Positions 50,554 to 63,120 of a stretch of DNA of 64,000 nt are shown piece by piece. Origin of the DNA: Stegostoma tigrinum. Taxonomy: Eukaryota. The stretch covers positions 26,592,647 to 26,656,646 of the forward strand of contig NC_081387.1 in assembly GCF_030684315.1 (NCBI RefSeq). Direction: 5' to 3'. The position numbers were made by a program, and so were the translations under genes. The notes beneath the pieces are model-generated. The model saw nothing but the letters and a program-made list of their open reading frames with translations. It ran no database searches and was not told the DNA's origin. How positions within the stretch are numbered: the stretch's first letter is position 1; each line of letters starts with the position of its first letter.

Positions 50554-52359
50554 GTGAGTGCTGTGCACAATTATTGAGCCTCCTGCAGGAATTGTATTCG
50601 AATAAACGTTCGTTCCGGTGGTCTGAAACAAGCTGACAACAAAATGGGGTAAATGGTGGGTGGAACCTGGGGGTCTTTCTCCTGATTTCTGACTCACCAG
50701 GATATTGGTAGTTGCCCTTTGGGGGTCGGTGATAGTAGTGTCTCCTCGTGTGGAAAGACAATACCAAACTCAGGAATTTAGCATTAACTCTGCAATGGAT
50801 GAATGATAGCCAAATGCTGCAAAAATCTTCAGTTTTCTTCTGTCTAACAGATTTTTACAAGTGCTATTTTAATGGGGTAATACAACTATTTGAGTTGTAT
50901 AGACATTTATTAATCTTCTTTAATTATAAGGTAGTTGCAAAGTAATCCAAAAGAGAATGAGAAACCTCTCTACCCAGAGGCTGATTAGAACGTTAAACTG
51001 GTATTCCTGCGTATCTGCAGTCCTTGTCCTTTCCAGTGGCAGAAATCGTGGGATTTTGAAGGGTCTTTTTACAGAGCCTGATTTGAGTTGTTTCAGCACA
51101 TCTAGTTTGGTACACAGTCTTACCAATCTACGCTAGCAGCTGGGGAGTGAATGTTTCAGGCAGTGGGTGAGGTGCTGACCATCTAGGTTGTTTTTGACCT
51201 TGGATTTCATAATCATCTGAGAAAGTGGAGTGTATTCAGTCACGCTGCTGACTTGTCCCTTTGTAGGTTGTAGACAGGCTTTGGGAGTCAGGAGGTGATC
51301 TACCTTTCTTCAGAATTCTCAACTTGTAGCCACAGTATTTATACAGCCAGCCCAGTTCAGCTTCTGGTTCATGGTAACTCCCGCAGTGTGCAGATTGTGT
51401 GGGGTTCAACATGATAATGCCATTGAATATCAAGGGGCGGTGATTAGATTCTCTCTCGTTTAAGAGCACAGAGGTGTTACAGAAGGACCCCACTCAACAC
51501 ATTGTGTCTGCACCAGATTTTCATTGTCTGGTATGTATGTTAATTCCCTCTTGTCAGACCAAGCCTGAATGTTGTCCAGGTCTTACTGCATATGAACATG
51601 TACCGGTTCTATATCTGAGGAGCCATGGATGATGCTGGACATTGTGCAATCATCAGTGGTCAATCCTACTTCTGATCTAATTGTGACAGAAAGCTGACTT
51701 GCAGTTGAAGGTGATTGGATCTGAGGCACTATCCTGAGGAACTTCTACCATGATGATTTTGGACAGAGACAGTCAACCTCTGACAATCACAGCCATCTTT
51801 CTTTGTGATAGGTATGACTGCAGCCAGCAGAGTTGCTCCACCTGTTTCCTGGTCTCCTGTTTTGCGAAATCTCCTTGATGCCCCACTAGGTCTGATGTTG
51901 GTTTGATGCATGGCAAGTAAGATTTGTGCTACACAAGTGCCAGTCAATGACCCTCTCCAAAAAAGGAGAATCTAACCATTGCCCATGACATTCAAGGGCA
52001 TTATCATCACTGTATTCCCCCTCTATCAGCATTCCAGAGGTTACAATTGACCAGAAACCGAACTGGGCAGGCCATATAAGTACTCTTGATGAATTAAGAA
52101 ATTGAGAGCTCATCTCAGTAATGGTTATCCGGCAACATTCCTCATTTTGTTGCAAAAGAACTCATTCGTTTCACTACTGGGGAAAGAAACCTCTAGTCCA
52201 TATGTGGTCTGACCTGAATGTGATTCCAGACCCACAACAACGTGGCTAGCTTTTTGCTGCCCTCGAATGACTGAGCAAGCCAGTTAATTCAAGGGCAATT
52301 AGGGACATGGACAAAAAATGCTGACCGTGCCAGTGATGCCCACACCTCACGAAGGGGAC

Positions 52360-52590
52360 AATTCCAGCCCCTGGTATCTGTCTGTGTGCGGTTTACACAT
52401 TCTCCTTGCCTACGTGGGCTTCCTCTGGGTGCTGTGGTTTCCTCCCACAGACTAAAGATGTCCAAGTGAGTTGGATTAGCCATGAGAAATGCAGGCATAG
52501 GGTGAGAGTTTGAGTCTGGGTCTGATGCTCTTCAGAGAGTCGGTGTGGACTTGGTGGGCAGAATAGTCTGTTCCCACACTGTAGGAATTC
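52360..52590 (+). mobile_element. 5'-truncated SINE
   Basis: Core and tail match other copies. Confidence 0.65.
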
Positions 52591-53068
52591 GGCAATGATA
52601 CTAAAGAGATTAGGATACTGTGGAGGCGCGATCTATGGTAAAAGAAAGTGGGTAAATATGTGGAGGCCAAGATGATAGGGCAAAAGAAAGAGGTGGATAT
52701 GTATAGTATTTTTAATGTTGAAAAGCCTCTGAAAGTTGCAGAAATTTAGGAGAAATGAGCCCTACTGTGTCAGTGTCTTGTTTTTGAAATGGCTTTTATT
52801 TCCTTTATACTTTTGAACAATGATCATTTAGACCTCTAGTTTTGCTTGGGGAAAAAACATGTAGTCAGACATTTTATCTTGCATTCTTCAAGGCAATTTC
52901 TAAGAAATATCAACTCTGAGATTCCTGATTTGATCCTACATCTGTATTCCTTGCAAATTGTCTGAGTGCCTTGCAGAAAGCTTTGGGAACTGTGTCTCTA
53001 TATAAGTAATCCAACTGATTGTTTGCGCTACACTCACCAGCATTAATGCCGAGTATTCTTTCATTCAG

Positions 53069-53194
53069 CTCTCTGTGAAGAACTGCTTTATCCGAGGCTC
53101 GGTAGTGCGTTATGTACAACTCCCAGCTGATGAGGTGGACACGCAGTTGCTGCAGGATGCAGCAAGGAAAGAAGCAATGCAGCAGAAGCAGTGA
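53069..53194 (+). CDS. LSM2: LSM2 exon 5 (LSVKNCFIRGSVVRYVQLPADEVDTQLLQDAARKEAMQQKQ*)
   Basis: ttcag acceptor; Sm2 IRG motif; exons total 288 nt = 95 aa + stop; candidate AATAAA 54191. Confidence 0.97.
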   Translation, partial: LSVKNCFIRGSVVRYVQLPADEVDTQLLQDAARKEAMQQKQ

Positions 53195-54254
53195 AATTAA
53201 ACTGCAGTGTGGACACTATCGAGAAGCAGAGGGGACGGAATGCACGAGAATGGAAATTTACACTGAAACTCAGCTGCCAAATACCAAACCAAAAACCTAA
53301 ATGTCACCAAATTTCTGTTTATGCATCATTGACTGTAAATTGGTTATGTTTATTTCTCTTTCTCAACTGAGGTGTCAAATAGGTTAAGCCTTGTCTCAAC
53401 CACTTCACATGTCCTCAGGAAGGACGCAGTTGTGTTTTTCTCTCTCTCTCTTTCTCTGTCCCATTGCACAGTGACCTAGCTGAGTTTGGATGACAGTGGT
53501 AACCAGTGCTGTCCTTTTAATCCCTGATGAATCAGGAGAGTGCATCACTTCCTGTGTGTCAATTTCAACTACCTTTCCCCGAATACCGGTGTAACCAGTG
53601 TAAATTTCTTTCTTTTTGATTTTTCATCTCTTAAAAATTGTTTGGAATTGTTTTGGTTTTGCAATCCATTTGGAAATACACATTTTTGATCCCTTTTGAA
53701 CTTGTATCAAACTTAAAGAATGATGTGATTTGTGTCAGTTTTCCAAAATTGTTTTCAGCAACTAAACTGAGATATTACTGAATATCTCACCTGTTTTACA
53801 ATTTAACAAGTAGCTGAGATTCTTGTGCCCATTCTGAGGCTTGTTTGTTAGCTGAAATGCAGGGCCAGAGATCCAAACATGAGGTAGCTGTGCTGGATGA
53901 AAGTGACCAATTAGCAGAGTTGCAGGTAGGATAGGATCTTGTTTGGGTTGTTTGCAGATGGTCTAGGCTCAACCTCGGAAATAATCTTTCTTTGTGACTA
54001 ATATTGGTGCATTGCAAAGTGAACTTTAAGTAAATCAGTTTGTCTGACTGGAGGTACAGTTTTTTTTTTGAAAAGAATTACTAATCTGCTATTTTTGTTA
54101 CAATGAAAGTTCAAGTGCTTTTTGATTTTGTACTTACAGCTGGAAGACCCCCTTTTTGAATATTGTGATGTAGCATCACTATAAAATTAAAATAAAATTC
54201 CTGTAACAGATAATTTGGTTTTTGTTGAATTCTTAGCCCTTTCAACTGTGTTAA

Positions 54255-54835
54255 GACCAGAAGACATTAGAGTGGAAGTAAGACCATTTGGCCCATTGAG
54301 TCCACTCTGCTATTTAATCATGGCTGATGGGCATTTCAACTCCACTTACCCGCACTCTCCCCGTAGCCCTTAATGCCTTGCAAGATCAAGAATTTAACAA
54401 TCTCTGCCTTGAAGGCATTTAACGTCCCGGCCTCCACTGCGCTCCGTGGCAATGAATTCCACAGGCCCACCACTCCCTGGCTGAAGAAATGTTTCCACAT
54501 TTCTGTTCTAAATTGACCCCCTCTAATTCTAAGGCTGTGCTCACGGGTCCTAGTCTCCCCGTCTAACGGAAACAATTTTCCAGCATCCACCCTTTCTAAG
54601 CCTGCATTACCTTGTAAGTTTCTATTAGATCTCCCCTCAACCTTCTAAATTCTAATGAGTACAATCCCAGGATCCTCAGCCATTCATCGTACGTTAGGCC
54701 TACCATTCCAGGGATCATCCGTGTGAATCTCTGCTGGACACGCTCCAGCGCCACTATGTCCTTCCTGAGGCGTGGGGCCCAAAATTGGACACAGTATTCT
54801 AAATGGGGCCTAACTAGAGCTTTATAAAGTCTCAA
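54255..54835 (-). mobile_element. CR1 LINE 3' fragment
   Basis: [19 protein letters not shown]...[13 protein letters not shown]. Confidence 0.88.
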
Positions 54836-55269
54836 AAGTTAATAATCCTCATGGGAAAGTGTAATGCCAGAAATAACTGACGAGTTCACTCTTTGCAACT
54901 TTTGCTTTAACTTTAATATCAACCTGATTTGACACAAATTCATGTGAATTGAGGCACGTGATGCATCACCTCAAAGTAAATTTCACTTCAAGTACTTGAT
55001 ATAACCAACATATAGCTGATGTAACCACAGACATTTGACTCGTTCCCTGCATAAATGTGTCACTATGTAGCTGTACTTTTCCACAGAATGTTCTTTATTC
55101 ATGCAAACGAGGCCTGGACTCTGATTCAATAAGACCTCTCATCTTTGTGAAAGATCTTTTATTTCGTTATTTCCTCCTTTTATTTTGGACTGTGGGCTAA
55201 AAAGAGAGGTGCTTCTTTAAACCAAGGTGATATGTGTAAAGATATGCTTGCTGTTTTGAAAATCCTGTT

Positions 55270-55482
55270 TACTAGAGTAGAATGCGAGATAATGGGAACT
55301 GCAGATGCTGGAGAATCCAAGATAATAAAGTGTGAAGCTGGATGAACACAGCAGGCCAAGCAGCATTTCAGGAGCACAAAAGCTGACGTTTCGGGCCTAG
55401 ACCCTTCTTCAGAGAGCCTGATGAAGGATCTAGGCCCGAAACGTCAGCTTTTGTGCTCCTGAGATGCTACTAGAGTAGAATG
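55270..55482. mobile_element. Mini fold-back Penelope element with two back-to-back hammerheads, 15-bp TSD
   Basis: tactagagtagaatg at 55270-55284 and 55468-55482; HHR (-) 55385-55412 and (+) 55418-55445. Confidence 0.88.
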
Positions 55483-55699
55483 TTACCTTTTGCCAGAATA
55501 GCGAGAGGAAAGGCACAGAATGGAGCTGGTTGGTTCTAAACTAGGGGACCGTTGCTTGACAAGTACTTTGATCTGCTTCTGTGGGAGCAGTGTAGCAGAA
55601 ATGTCTATCTTGCAAAGTGCGAGCATCAAGAATTTGTCTTACATGGGGTTGTAACAAAAAAAAATCCCTTGACAGCTAGATGGCTTCCTTCCTGTCACT

Positions 55700-55930
55700 T
55701 TGGGTGCTGTAGTGGTAATGTCACTAGCCCAGACTTCTGGATTAATAGTCCAATGTTCTGAGGACCTGGGTTCAAATCCTATTACAGCATTTGAATTTTA
55801 AGAAAATCTGGAGTAGAGAGTAATGTGTGAACAGTGTTGATTTTCGTAAAAACACATCTGATTCACTAATGGGGGAAGGAAGTGTGCTGTCCTTACCTAG
55901 TCTGGCCTGGACCCACAGCAATGTGGAAGA
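55700..55930 (+). mobile_element. Old tRNA-derived SINE of a second family
   Basis: tgtagtggtaatgtcact head, gggttcaaatcc B box; related copy at ~23650-23990. Confidence 0.5.
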
Positions 55931-57669
55931 CATTGTCAGGGTAGTAACTAGTGGAGCCCATATCCTGTAAATAAAAGAAACAACCCCTCTAGATTGATTA
56001 TCCAGACAGTGATGTAAGGTCCCTGTTATACATTAAATATTCTTTACACCAGAGGAGAAAAGCAGACTGCAAGTGTTTGTATAGTGTATATTTTTTACAA
56101 AAGGACAGATCAAAATAGGAGACAACACACTGTGGAGCTGGAGGCACACAGCAGGCTAGGTAGCATCAGAGGAGCAGGAATGTTGACGTTTTGGGTTGTG
56201 ACTCTTCTTTTGAAATTGGGAGGGCAAAGGGAGCTGGGAAATATAGGAGGGGTGGGGCTGGTGAAGGTAGGTGTGATGGTGATAAGTGAGTGCAGGTCAG
56301 GAGTGGTGGGGATTTGTCAGTGAGGTTGAAGGGGCAGATAGGAGGGACAGAAGATGGACAAGTTGTGTCAGGTCAAGAAGGCAGGGATGAGTGGGAGGAC
56401 TGGACATGAGACGAGGCTGGGAGTGGGGAGATTTAATTTTAAAAGCAGTGAATTCTTTTTCAGTACCTTCTAGCCGTATTTCCTTTCTCAGTACCTGCCT
56501 AAACATGCACTGCGCAAGTTTTATAACTTTAAGAGCTGTAAAGATGCTTCACAGTGATTTGGGCAGATACACTGATAAGTGTGAAGTTGTTTTTCCTACT
56601 GAATGGGCAATGGCAAGTATGATTTTAATGTTGATAGATTGGGAAAGGTCAATGTGCACAGGGACCTACCTGGATGCCCTTGGACGCTGGTCACTAAAAA
56701 CAAACAGTTAGGAAAGTAAATGCTGTGTTGTACGTCATTGCGAAGGGATTTGGGTACAGGAGTAAGGAAGTCTTATTGCTACTTTGTATGAGTGATTGCA
56801 GTAAAATAAAATAGTGTTCCCTTTGGTGTGTTTGATTATATGGGTCAAATCCTGCAGTTTTGGAGAGACAAGACCAGAAGCCACATCTGGCACACTTTTA
56901 TCGTAGCATTAATAACTGCAGACTCCAAAGGCCAAGGACTTCATTGTTCACTTTGCTGCTGAGAAACATGTGCCCAAGATGAGCCAGCTTGCGCTGGGTG
57001 TTTCAAAAACATCCACATGTCAGCGATATTGGGTTTGATCCGGGTTTACAGGGGAATTCAATGACAGATTGGAAATCCTGCGACGTTGCATGGGTGGTGG
57101 GTTTACTGTGCTACACGATGCCTATTGGGATAGCTGTCAGTGTATTTATCCAGCATTGCAGCATTTGCACTTCCCTTAACGCTCAAAGAAAGTCAGAGCA
57201 AGTAACTTTGTATCAGGTTTACTGTGAGCATGCAATTTGCCAAACTTCCAATTTGATCATCCTGCAGCAACTCCATCAGGTTGACATTTGTCATGTGAAT
57301 CTTTCTGCACGATTGTAAGTGAGCGCTGACTCGCCATTGTTGAGAATTGAAATCTATTTTTAATTGCATGATAGGAGGCGTTTCTGTAACTGGCTTGTGA
57401 CTCGGGGAAGAAACTTTGACATACATTGTGTCAGCATGACCTTCCACTTTCCCACTGCTTGTCTGTTCATGTGTCATGGCGAATGGAGCTGTGAACTGAA
57501 GAGGTGGAACGCTGATAGTGTTCTTCTCTGAACCTCAAAGGCATTATCTCACTTTCATCCTCTTCAACTTTTGCTTTCACTCACTTGTGTTTGTATAAGA
57601 CAGCAGCTCTGACTGTCTCTCTCCCCTGTTTCTCTGAAATCACTGCAATTGAGGGAATTAGTGGAAAAT

Positions 57670-58450
57670 GACACAGAGCCATACAGCATGGAAACAGACC
57701 CTTCGGTCCAACCAGCCCATACTGACTGCAGTCTCAATCTGCTTATCCTTGGCTCATATCTCTCCAATCATTTCTTATTCATTTACTTACCTAAATGCCT
57801 TTTAAATATTGTAACTGTACCTGCATCTACCGCTTCCTCTGTAAGTTCATTCCACACACGAAGCACTCTGTATTTTAAAAAAAATTGCCCCTCGTGCCTT
57901 AAATCTTTTTTTCCTCTCCCCTTAAACGTACCCCTAGTCTTGAAAACCCTCGGCCTAGGGTTGAAACAACCTTTGCCGCTCATTTTCTATACGTTACCTC
58001 TCAACCTCCTACACTCCAGTGATAAAAGTCCCAGCCTTTCCTTATAACTCAAACCCTCCGTTCTCAGCAACATCCTGGTAAAGGTTTGCTGAAACTCTCT
58101 TCAGCTTAGTAATATCCTTCCTATAATGGGAGACCAGAACTGGACTCAGTACTCCAGAGGCGGTCTCACTATTGGCCTGTACACCCTCAACGTAGCATCC
58201 TAAGTCCTTTACTCAAAGGCCTGAGCAATGAAGTCAAGCGTGCTAAATGCCTCCTTAATCATCCTATCTACATGTGATGCGAACTTCAAGAATTGTCTAC
58301 CTGAACCTCTAGGTCTCTCGTTCTACAACACCATCTAAGGCCCACTTTTAATTGTATAAGTCTTGTCTTTATTTCTTTTACCAAAATGCAATATGTTGCC
58401 TTTATTGAAATTAAACTCCATTTGCCACTCCACAGCCCATTGACTCAATT
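57670..58450 (-). mobile_element. CR1 LINE 3' fragment
   Basis: rc of RT end and tail. Confidence 0.75.
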
Positions 58451-59459
58451 GACAGTCAAAGGAAAACAAAGTTTAAAGGTGGGGAAACTCCTTTTAAACA
58501 ACGTGCTTTTTTGAAATATATATAATTCACAGAATGTGGGCTTTACTGGCTGGGCCTGCATTTATTGCACACTCCTAATTGCCCAGAGTGTGGTTAAGAA
58601 TCAACTATATTGGTATGGGAGTGGAGTCACATAAATTGTAATGACCATAGGTTTCCCTTCTCTAAAGGAAACCCAACAGATTATTACAAGCATCAACGGT
58701 GTTGCTTTGGCACCATTAAATCAGCGTTTTGATTCCAGCTCTTATTAAATTCCATTGTCACTGTCTGCCCCGAGGGGGTGCACATGCACATCCCTAGAAT
58801 GTTAGCCTGGGGTTCTGGATTATTAATGCAGTGAGATTGTCACCAGGACAAAAAAAAAGAAAAATCTGGAACCTGTGGAGATAGTGAGGAAAATGGTTAA
58901 AAATCTATGCAATCATAGAAACTAGGAGTAGATCGTTAATTTCTTGAGCCTATTCTGACATTCATTGAGATCATGGCTAACCTGATAACTCCACATTCCT
59001 GCCTAACCTTCAATAATCTTTCACTCCCTTTGTTATCACTGTCTTAAAAAATATCCATGTAAACTTCATCCACTGTCCTTTGATGAAGGAAACCAGCTGG
59101 AAACAGATTGATGACCTCACAATATGCTTACCATTAATGTGATAGTTGATGTGTTCACTTTGAACATCAGATTAGCCCAAAGCCCTTTTTCAGGGATACA
59201 ACGGCAAAATGCTGCAGGCGTCAGAAACCTGAAAGAAGACCAGAGAATGCTGGGGTTACTGTACCTAATAGATGGAGGAATGTCTGTGGGGAGTAAACCA
59301 GTGTTATAGGTCAATGGTAGCCCCTTTTCAGAACTGGGTTTGAAACATTAACTGTGTTTTCATCTTCTGGAATGTGGCCAGATCTGCTGAGTTTCTCCAG
59401 CAATTTCTGTTTTCTCTTTGTTTGGATTCAGTAGCAGCAGTTCTTTAAACAGTTATAGT

Positions 59460-60660
59460 CGCAGAGTCATACAGCACAGAAACAGACTCTTTTGGTTCTA
59501 TGATAACAAGGTGTAGAGCTGGACGAACACAGCAGGCCAAGCATCATCATCGGATCAGGAAGGTTGACCTGAAATGTCAGCTTTTGTGCTCCTAAGATGC
59601 TGCTTGGCCTGCTGTGTTCATCCAGCTCCACACTTTGTTATCTCGGATTCTCCAGCGTCTGCAGCTCTTTGGTTTTACGTGCTTGTGTCGACTAAGTTTC
59701 CCAAACTAAACCAGTCCCATTTGTCTATGCTTCGACCATATTCCTCTAAACCTTTCCTATTCATGTACCCACTCAAATGGCTTTTAGCTGTTGTAACTGT
59801 ACCTGCATCTACCATTTCCTTGGCAGCTCATCCCATATATGACCCACTCTCTGTGAAAATGTTGCCTCCTCAAGCTCAATTTAACCATTCTCATCTCACC
59901 TTAAAATTATGCTCTCTCGTTTTGAACTCCCTTTTCCTATTGAAAAGACCTTTGCTACTCACCTTGTCTGTGCCTCTCATGATTTTATAAACCTCTGTAA
60001 AGTCATCCCTCAACCTCCTGCACTCTAGTGAAAAAAGTCCCACCTCTTCCAACCGCCTTATACCTCAAACCCTCCTTTCCCAGTAACATCCTGGTAAATC
60101 TTCTATGCATCATCTTCAATTTAGTAATATCCTTCCTGTGGCAGGGTGACCATAACTGTATACAGTACTCCAAAGGCCTCATCCCAGCTCCTGTACTCAA
60201 TCATCTTAGTAATGAAGGCAAGTGTGTCAGCTATCACCTTTACCACTCTATCTACTATGATGCAACTTTCAATGAATTATGTACCTGAATCCCTATGCCT
60301 CTCTGTTCTACAACACTCCCCAGGGCCCTATTATCATTAACTGTGTAAGTCCTGCCCTCGTTCGTCTTACCAAAATGCAACACCTTGCATATATCTAAAT
60401 TCAACTCCATCTGCCACACCTCAACACATGGGCCCAATTGATCAAGATTCCCTTTGTAGTCCTAGACAACCTTCCTCGCTGTCTGCTGTGCTACTAATCT
60501 TGGAGTCATCTTACTAACCATGCTTCCTATACTCTTATTCAAGTCAATTCCAAGCTAAATTATTGGCGAACAGCAGTGGACCCACCATGACCCCTGAGGA
60601 ACACTGATGGTCGTCGGCCTCCAGGCTGCAAAACATCCCTCCAACAACAGCCTCCATCTC
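59460..60660 (-). mobile_element. CR1 fragment with nested mini fold-back Penelope element (59500-59670)
   Basis: CR1 tail interrupted by inverted pLTR arms flanked by imperfect ctcttt(t)ggtt repeats. Confidence 0.7.
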
Positions 60661-61182
60661 TGGTAAGCTCCACCAGCATCTGATGTGATCTAACTTGATG
60701 AACGAGTCTTCGGTCTTTACTCATTTGTTTCTTTCCTCATCCTTCTCTTTTATTTTACTCACCTTGTTGGAGAGCTTGGTCGTGGCTACTGCACCAGCGG
60801 CTGGCGGACCTAGCGCGGACTTGCGTCAGCTGATTCAGAGGCAACTTTGAGTTCTTGGGGCTTCACTCCATCATTAAGGCAGTCACAATGCAGATTCCTG
60901 GCTGCCGTGGAGGAGTTTGGAGCTCCTGGCAGCTTCTGCGTCCAGCGCAGGTGCATGGTAGTAGCACCTGAGGTGCATTTACACCCAAGACGTGGTGGCA
61001 TCATCAGTGTGGTGGGTCTGAAGCAGATTTGTGGTGGCAGTGGCAGGGTTGGATTTGGGTCAGTATGATGCCAGGCAGCATCGGTGGCATCTGCAGTGGC
61101 ATGGAATGATAGCACTGAGGGTGACAGTGGAGGTGAGATAGTGCCAAAGAGAGGTGTCTTTCGTTCCACTGGTGGCACGGTG

Positions 61183-61982
61183 AAGAGTCATAGAGATGTC
61201 CAGCCCAGACCAACCCATCCACACCGACCAGATATCCTAAATTAATCCAGTCCCATTTGCCAGCATTTGGCCCATAGCCCTCTAAATTCTTCCTATTCAT
61301 GTCTCCATCCAGGTGCCTTTTAAATGCTGTAACTGTACCAGTCTCCACCCACTTCCTCTGGCAGCTCATTCCATACACACACCACTCTCTGTATGAAAAA
61401 GCTGCCCCTCAGGTCCCTTTTAAATATTTCCCCTCCCACCTTAAACCTGTGCCCCTCTAGTTTTGGACACCCCTACCCTCGATAAAAGACCTTGTCTATT
61501 CACCCTATCCGTGCCCCTCATGATTTTATAAACCTCTACAAGGCCACCCCTCAGGTTCCAACGCTCCAGGGAAAATAGCCCCAGCCTATTCACCCTCTCC
61601 CTGTAGCTCAAACCCTCCAACCCTGGCAACATCCTTGTAAACCTTACCTGAACCCTTTCAAATTTTGCAACATCCTTCCTGTAGCAGGGAGACCGGAACT
61701 GAGTGCTGTATTTCAAAAGTGGCCTAATCAGTGTCCAGTACAGCCTCAACATGACCCTCTCAACTCCTATACTCAATGCACTGACCAATAAAGGGATGAT
61801 ACCAAATGCCTTCTTCACCACCCTGTATACCCGCAACTCCTCTTTCAATGATCGTAAATGAATCAGATCCCATTTGCCAGCATTTGGCCCATATCCCTCT
61901 GACCCCTTCCTATTCATGCACCCATCCAGATGCCGCTTAAATGTTGTAATTGTACCAGCCTCCACCGCTTCCTCTGGCAACT
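61183..61982 (-). mobile_element. CR1 3' fragments (two adjacent tails)
   Basis: ORF 61441-61980 RT C-terminus; duplicated tail at 61865-61982. Confidence 0.85.
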
Positions 61983-62116
61983 CCTAAGTTGTGGGTTTGG
62001 CAAGAGAATGAGTTAAGTAAAAGGATCAGGGGTCAGGGTTTGCAAAGAGCAGGAGAAGGGACGCGTTGCAAAGCAAACAGATGCTGTCAATCAGTTGGGC
62101 CTTTTAAACAAGTAGC

Positions 62117-62276
62117 NNNNNNNNNNNNNNNNNNNNNNNNNNNNNNNNNNNNNNNNNNNNNNNNNNNNNNNNNNNNNNNNNNNNNNNNNNNNNNNNNNNN
62201 NNNNNNNNNNNNNNNNNNNNNNNNNNNNNNNNNNNNNNNNNNNNNNNNNNNNNNNNNNNNNNNNNNNNNNNNNNNN
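62117..62276. other. Assembly gap (160 N)
   Basis: Run of n. Confidence 1.
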
Positions 62277-62291
62277 GAGCTGCAGAGAGAG

Positions 62292-62786
62292 ATGGCCTTC
62301 CATCTGCTGCAGATCTCGGAGCAGGACAAGCTGCTGGGCAAACCTGCCTTCAAGGTGCTGGGCTCGCTGGTGCTGGCCACCGTCTTCTGGGGCTTGCAGG
62401 AGATGGCCGAGGTGGGCTTCCAGTGCCCCTGGCTGGCCGGTTACAACGAGGTCTACGGTGTCTCCTTCCTGCTGGTGCCTGCCCTGGTGCTCACCCTCCT
62501 TGGCGTCTTCCTGCACCGTGAGTGCCTGATGGGCTGGAGGGGTACAGCGGCCAAAGGAGAGGGGTGCTCATCCCAGCAGCCCCCTTCTGCCTGTGCACCG
62601 GGCTCCTGGAGGATGGTTACCTCGCTGCGAGTCCTCTATCATGCCTGGGTGTGGATCATTGTGGTGCTGCTGGATGGGGACTGCTACACCTGTGTGCAAT
62701 ACTTCCTCCGTTTGCATGGACCCAGCTCCAGCTCCAACCCCGGAGAGGATTCTGAGCTCATCCGCATCCTGCACTTCGAGTCTCGG
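62292..62786 (+). CDS. CALHM/FAM26-family large-pore channel, coding exon 1 (TM1-TM3; rest outside window)
   Basis: FQCP...YNEVYGVSFLLVPALVL..LG and WVWIIVVLLDGDCYTC motifs; exon ends HFESR|gtgagt, the position of the conserved CALHM intron (xxSQ|) before TM4; ATG 62292 (an upstream start inside the gap cannot be excluded). Confidence 0.85.
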
Positions 62787-63007
62787 GTGAGTTTGCTACC
62801 AGGGCTGGGAAGGCACCATTTCTCTCGGCTGCAAGGCCATTCGCCCCCACCCCATGCTAGCCCTTGTGTAGCCTGGCCCTACCCCACCATCTCCACCCCA
62901 GTCTTTCGTGTAACCTCCTGCACTGGAAGCCTTGTTGCCTTGTTTGCTATGCACAGTAATGCCAACAGTGTGGGTCCAAATCCTGCACCACATCAGGGGC
63001 ATCTCCC

Positions 63008-63120
63008 AACACGTGCACACACACTCGCACACTCATATCCACACGCATATACACACACTTACTCACATACACACACAGACACACACTCAAACACACATCA
63101 CGTGTGCTGCACCCACACAT
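63008..63120. repeat. Imperfect (CA)n microsatellite
   Basis: acacacactcgcacactcatatccacac... Confidence 0.8.

Noticed and set aside
56860-57560. Possible ancient LINE RT relic or VARS1 exons after LSM2
   Set aside because: No recognisable VARS1 peptide or convincing RT motif readable by eye; needs tBLASTn/HMM.
60690-61180. GC-richer stretch with short ORFs
   Set aside because: No recognisable domain or consistent splice structure; probably an unclassified repeat.
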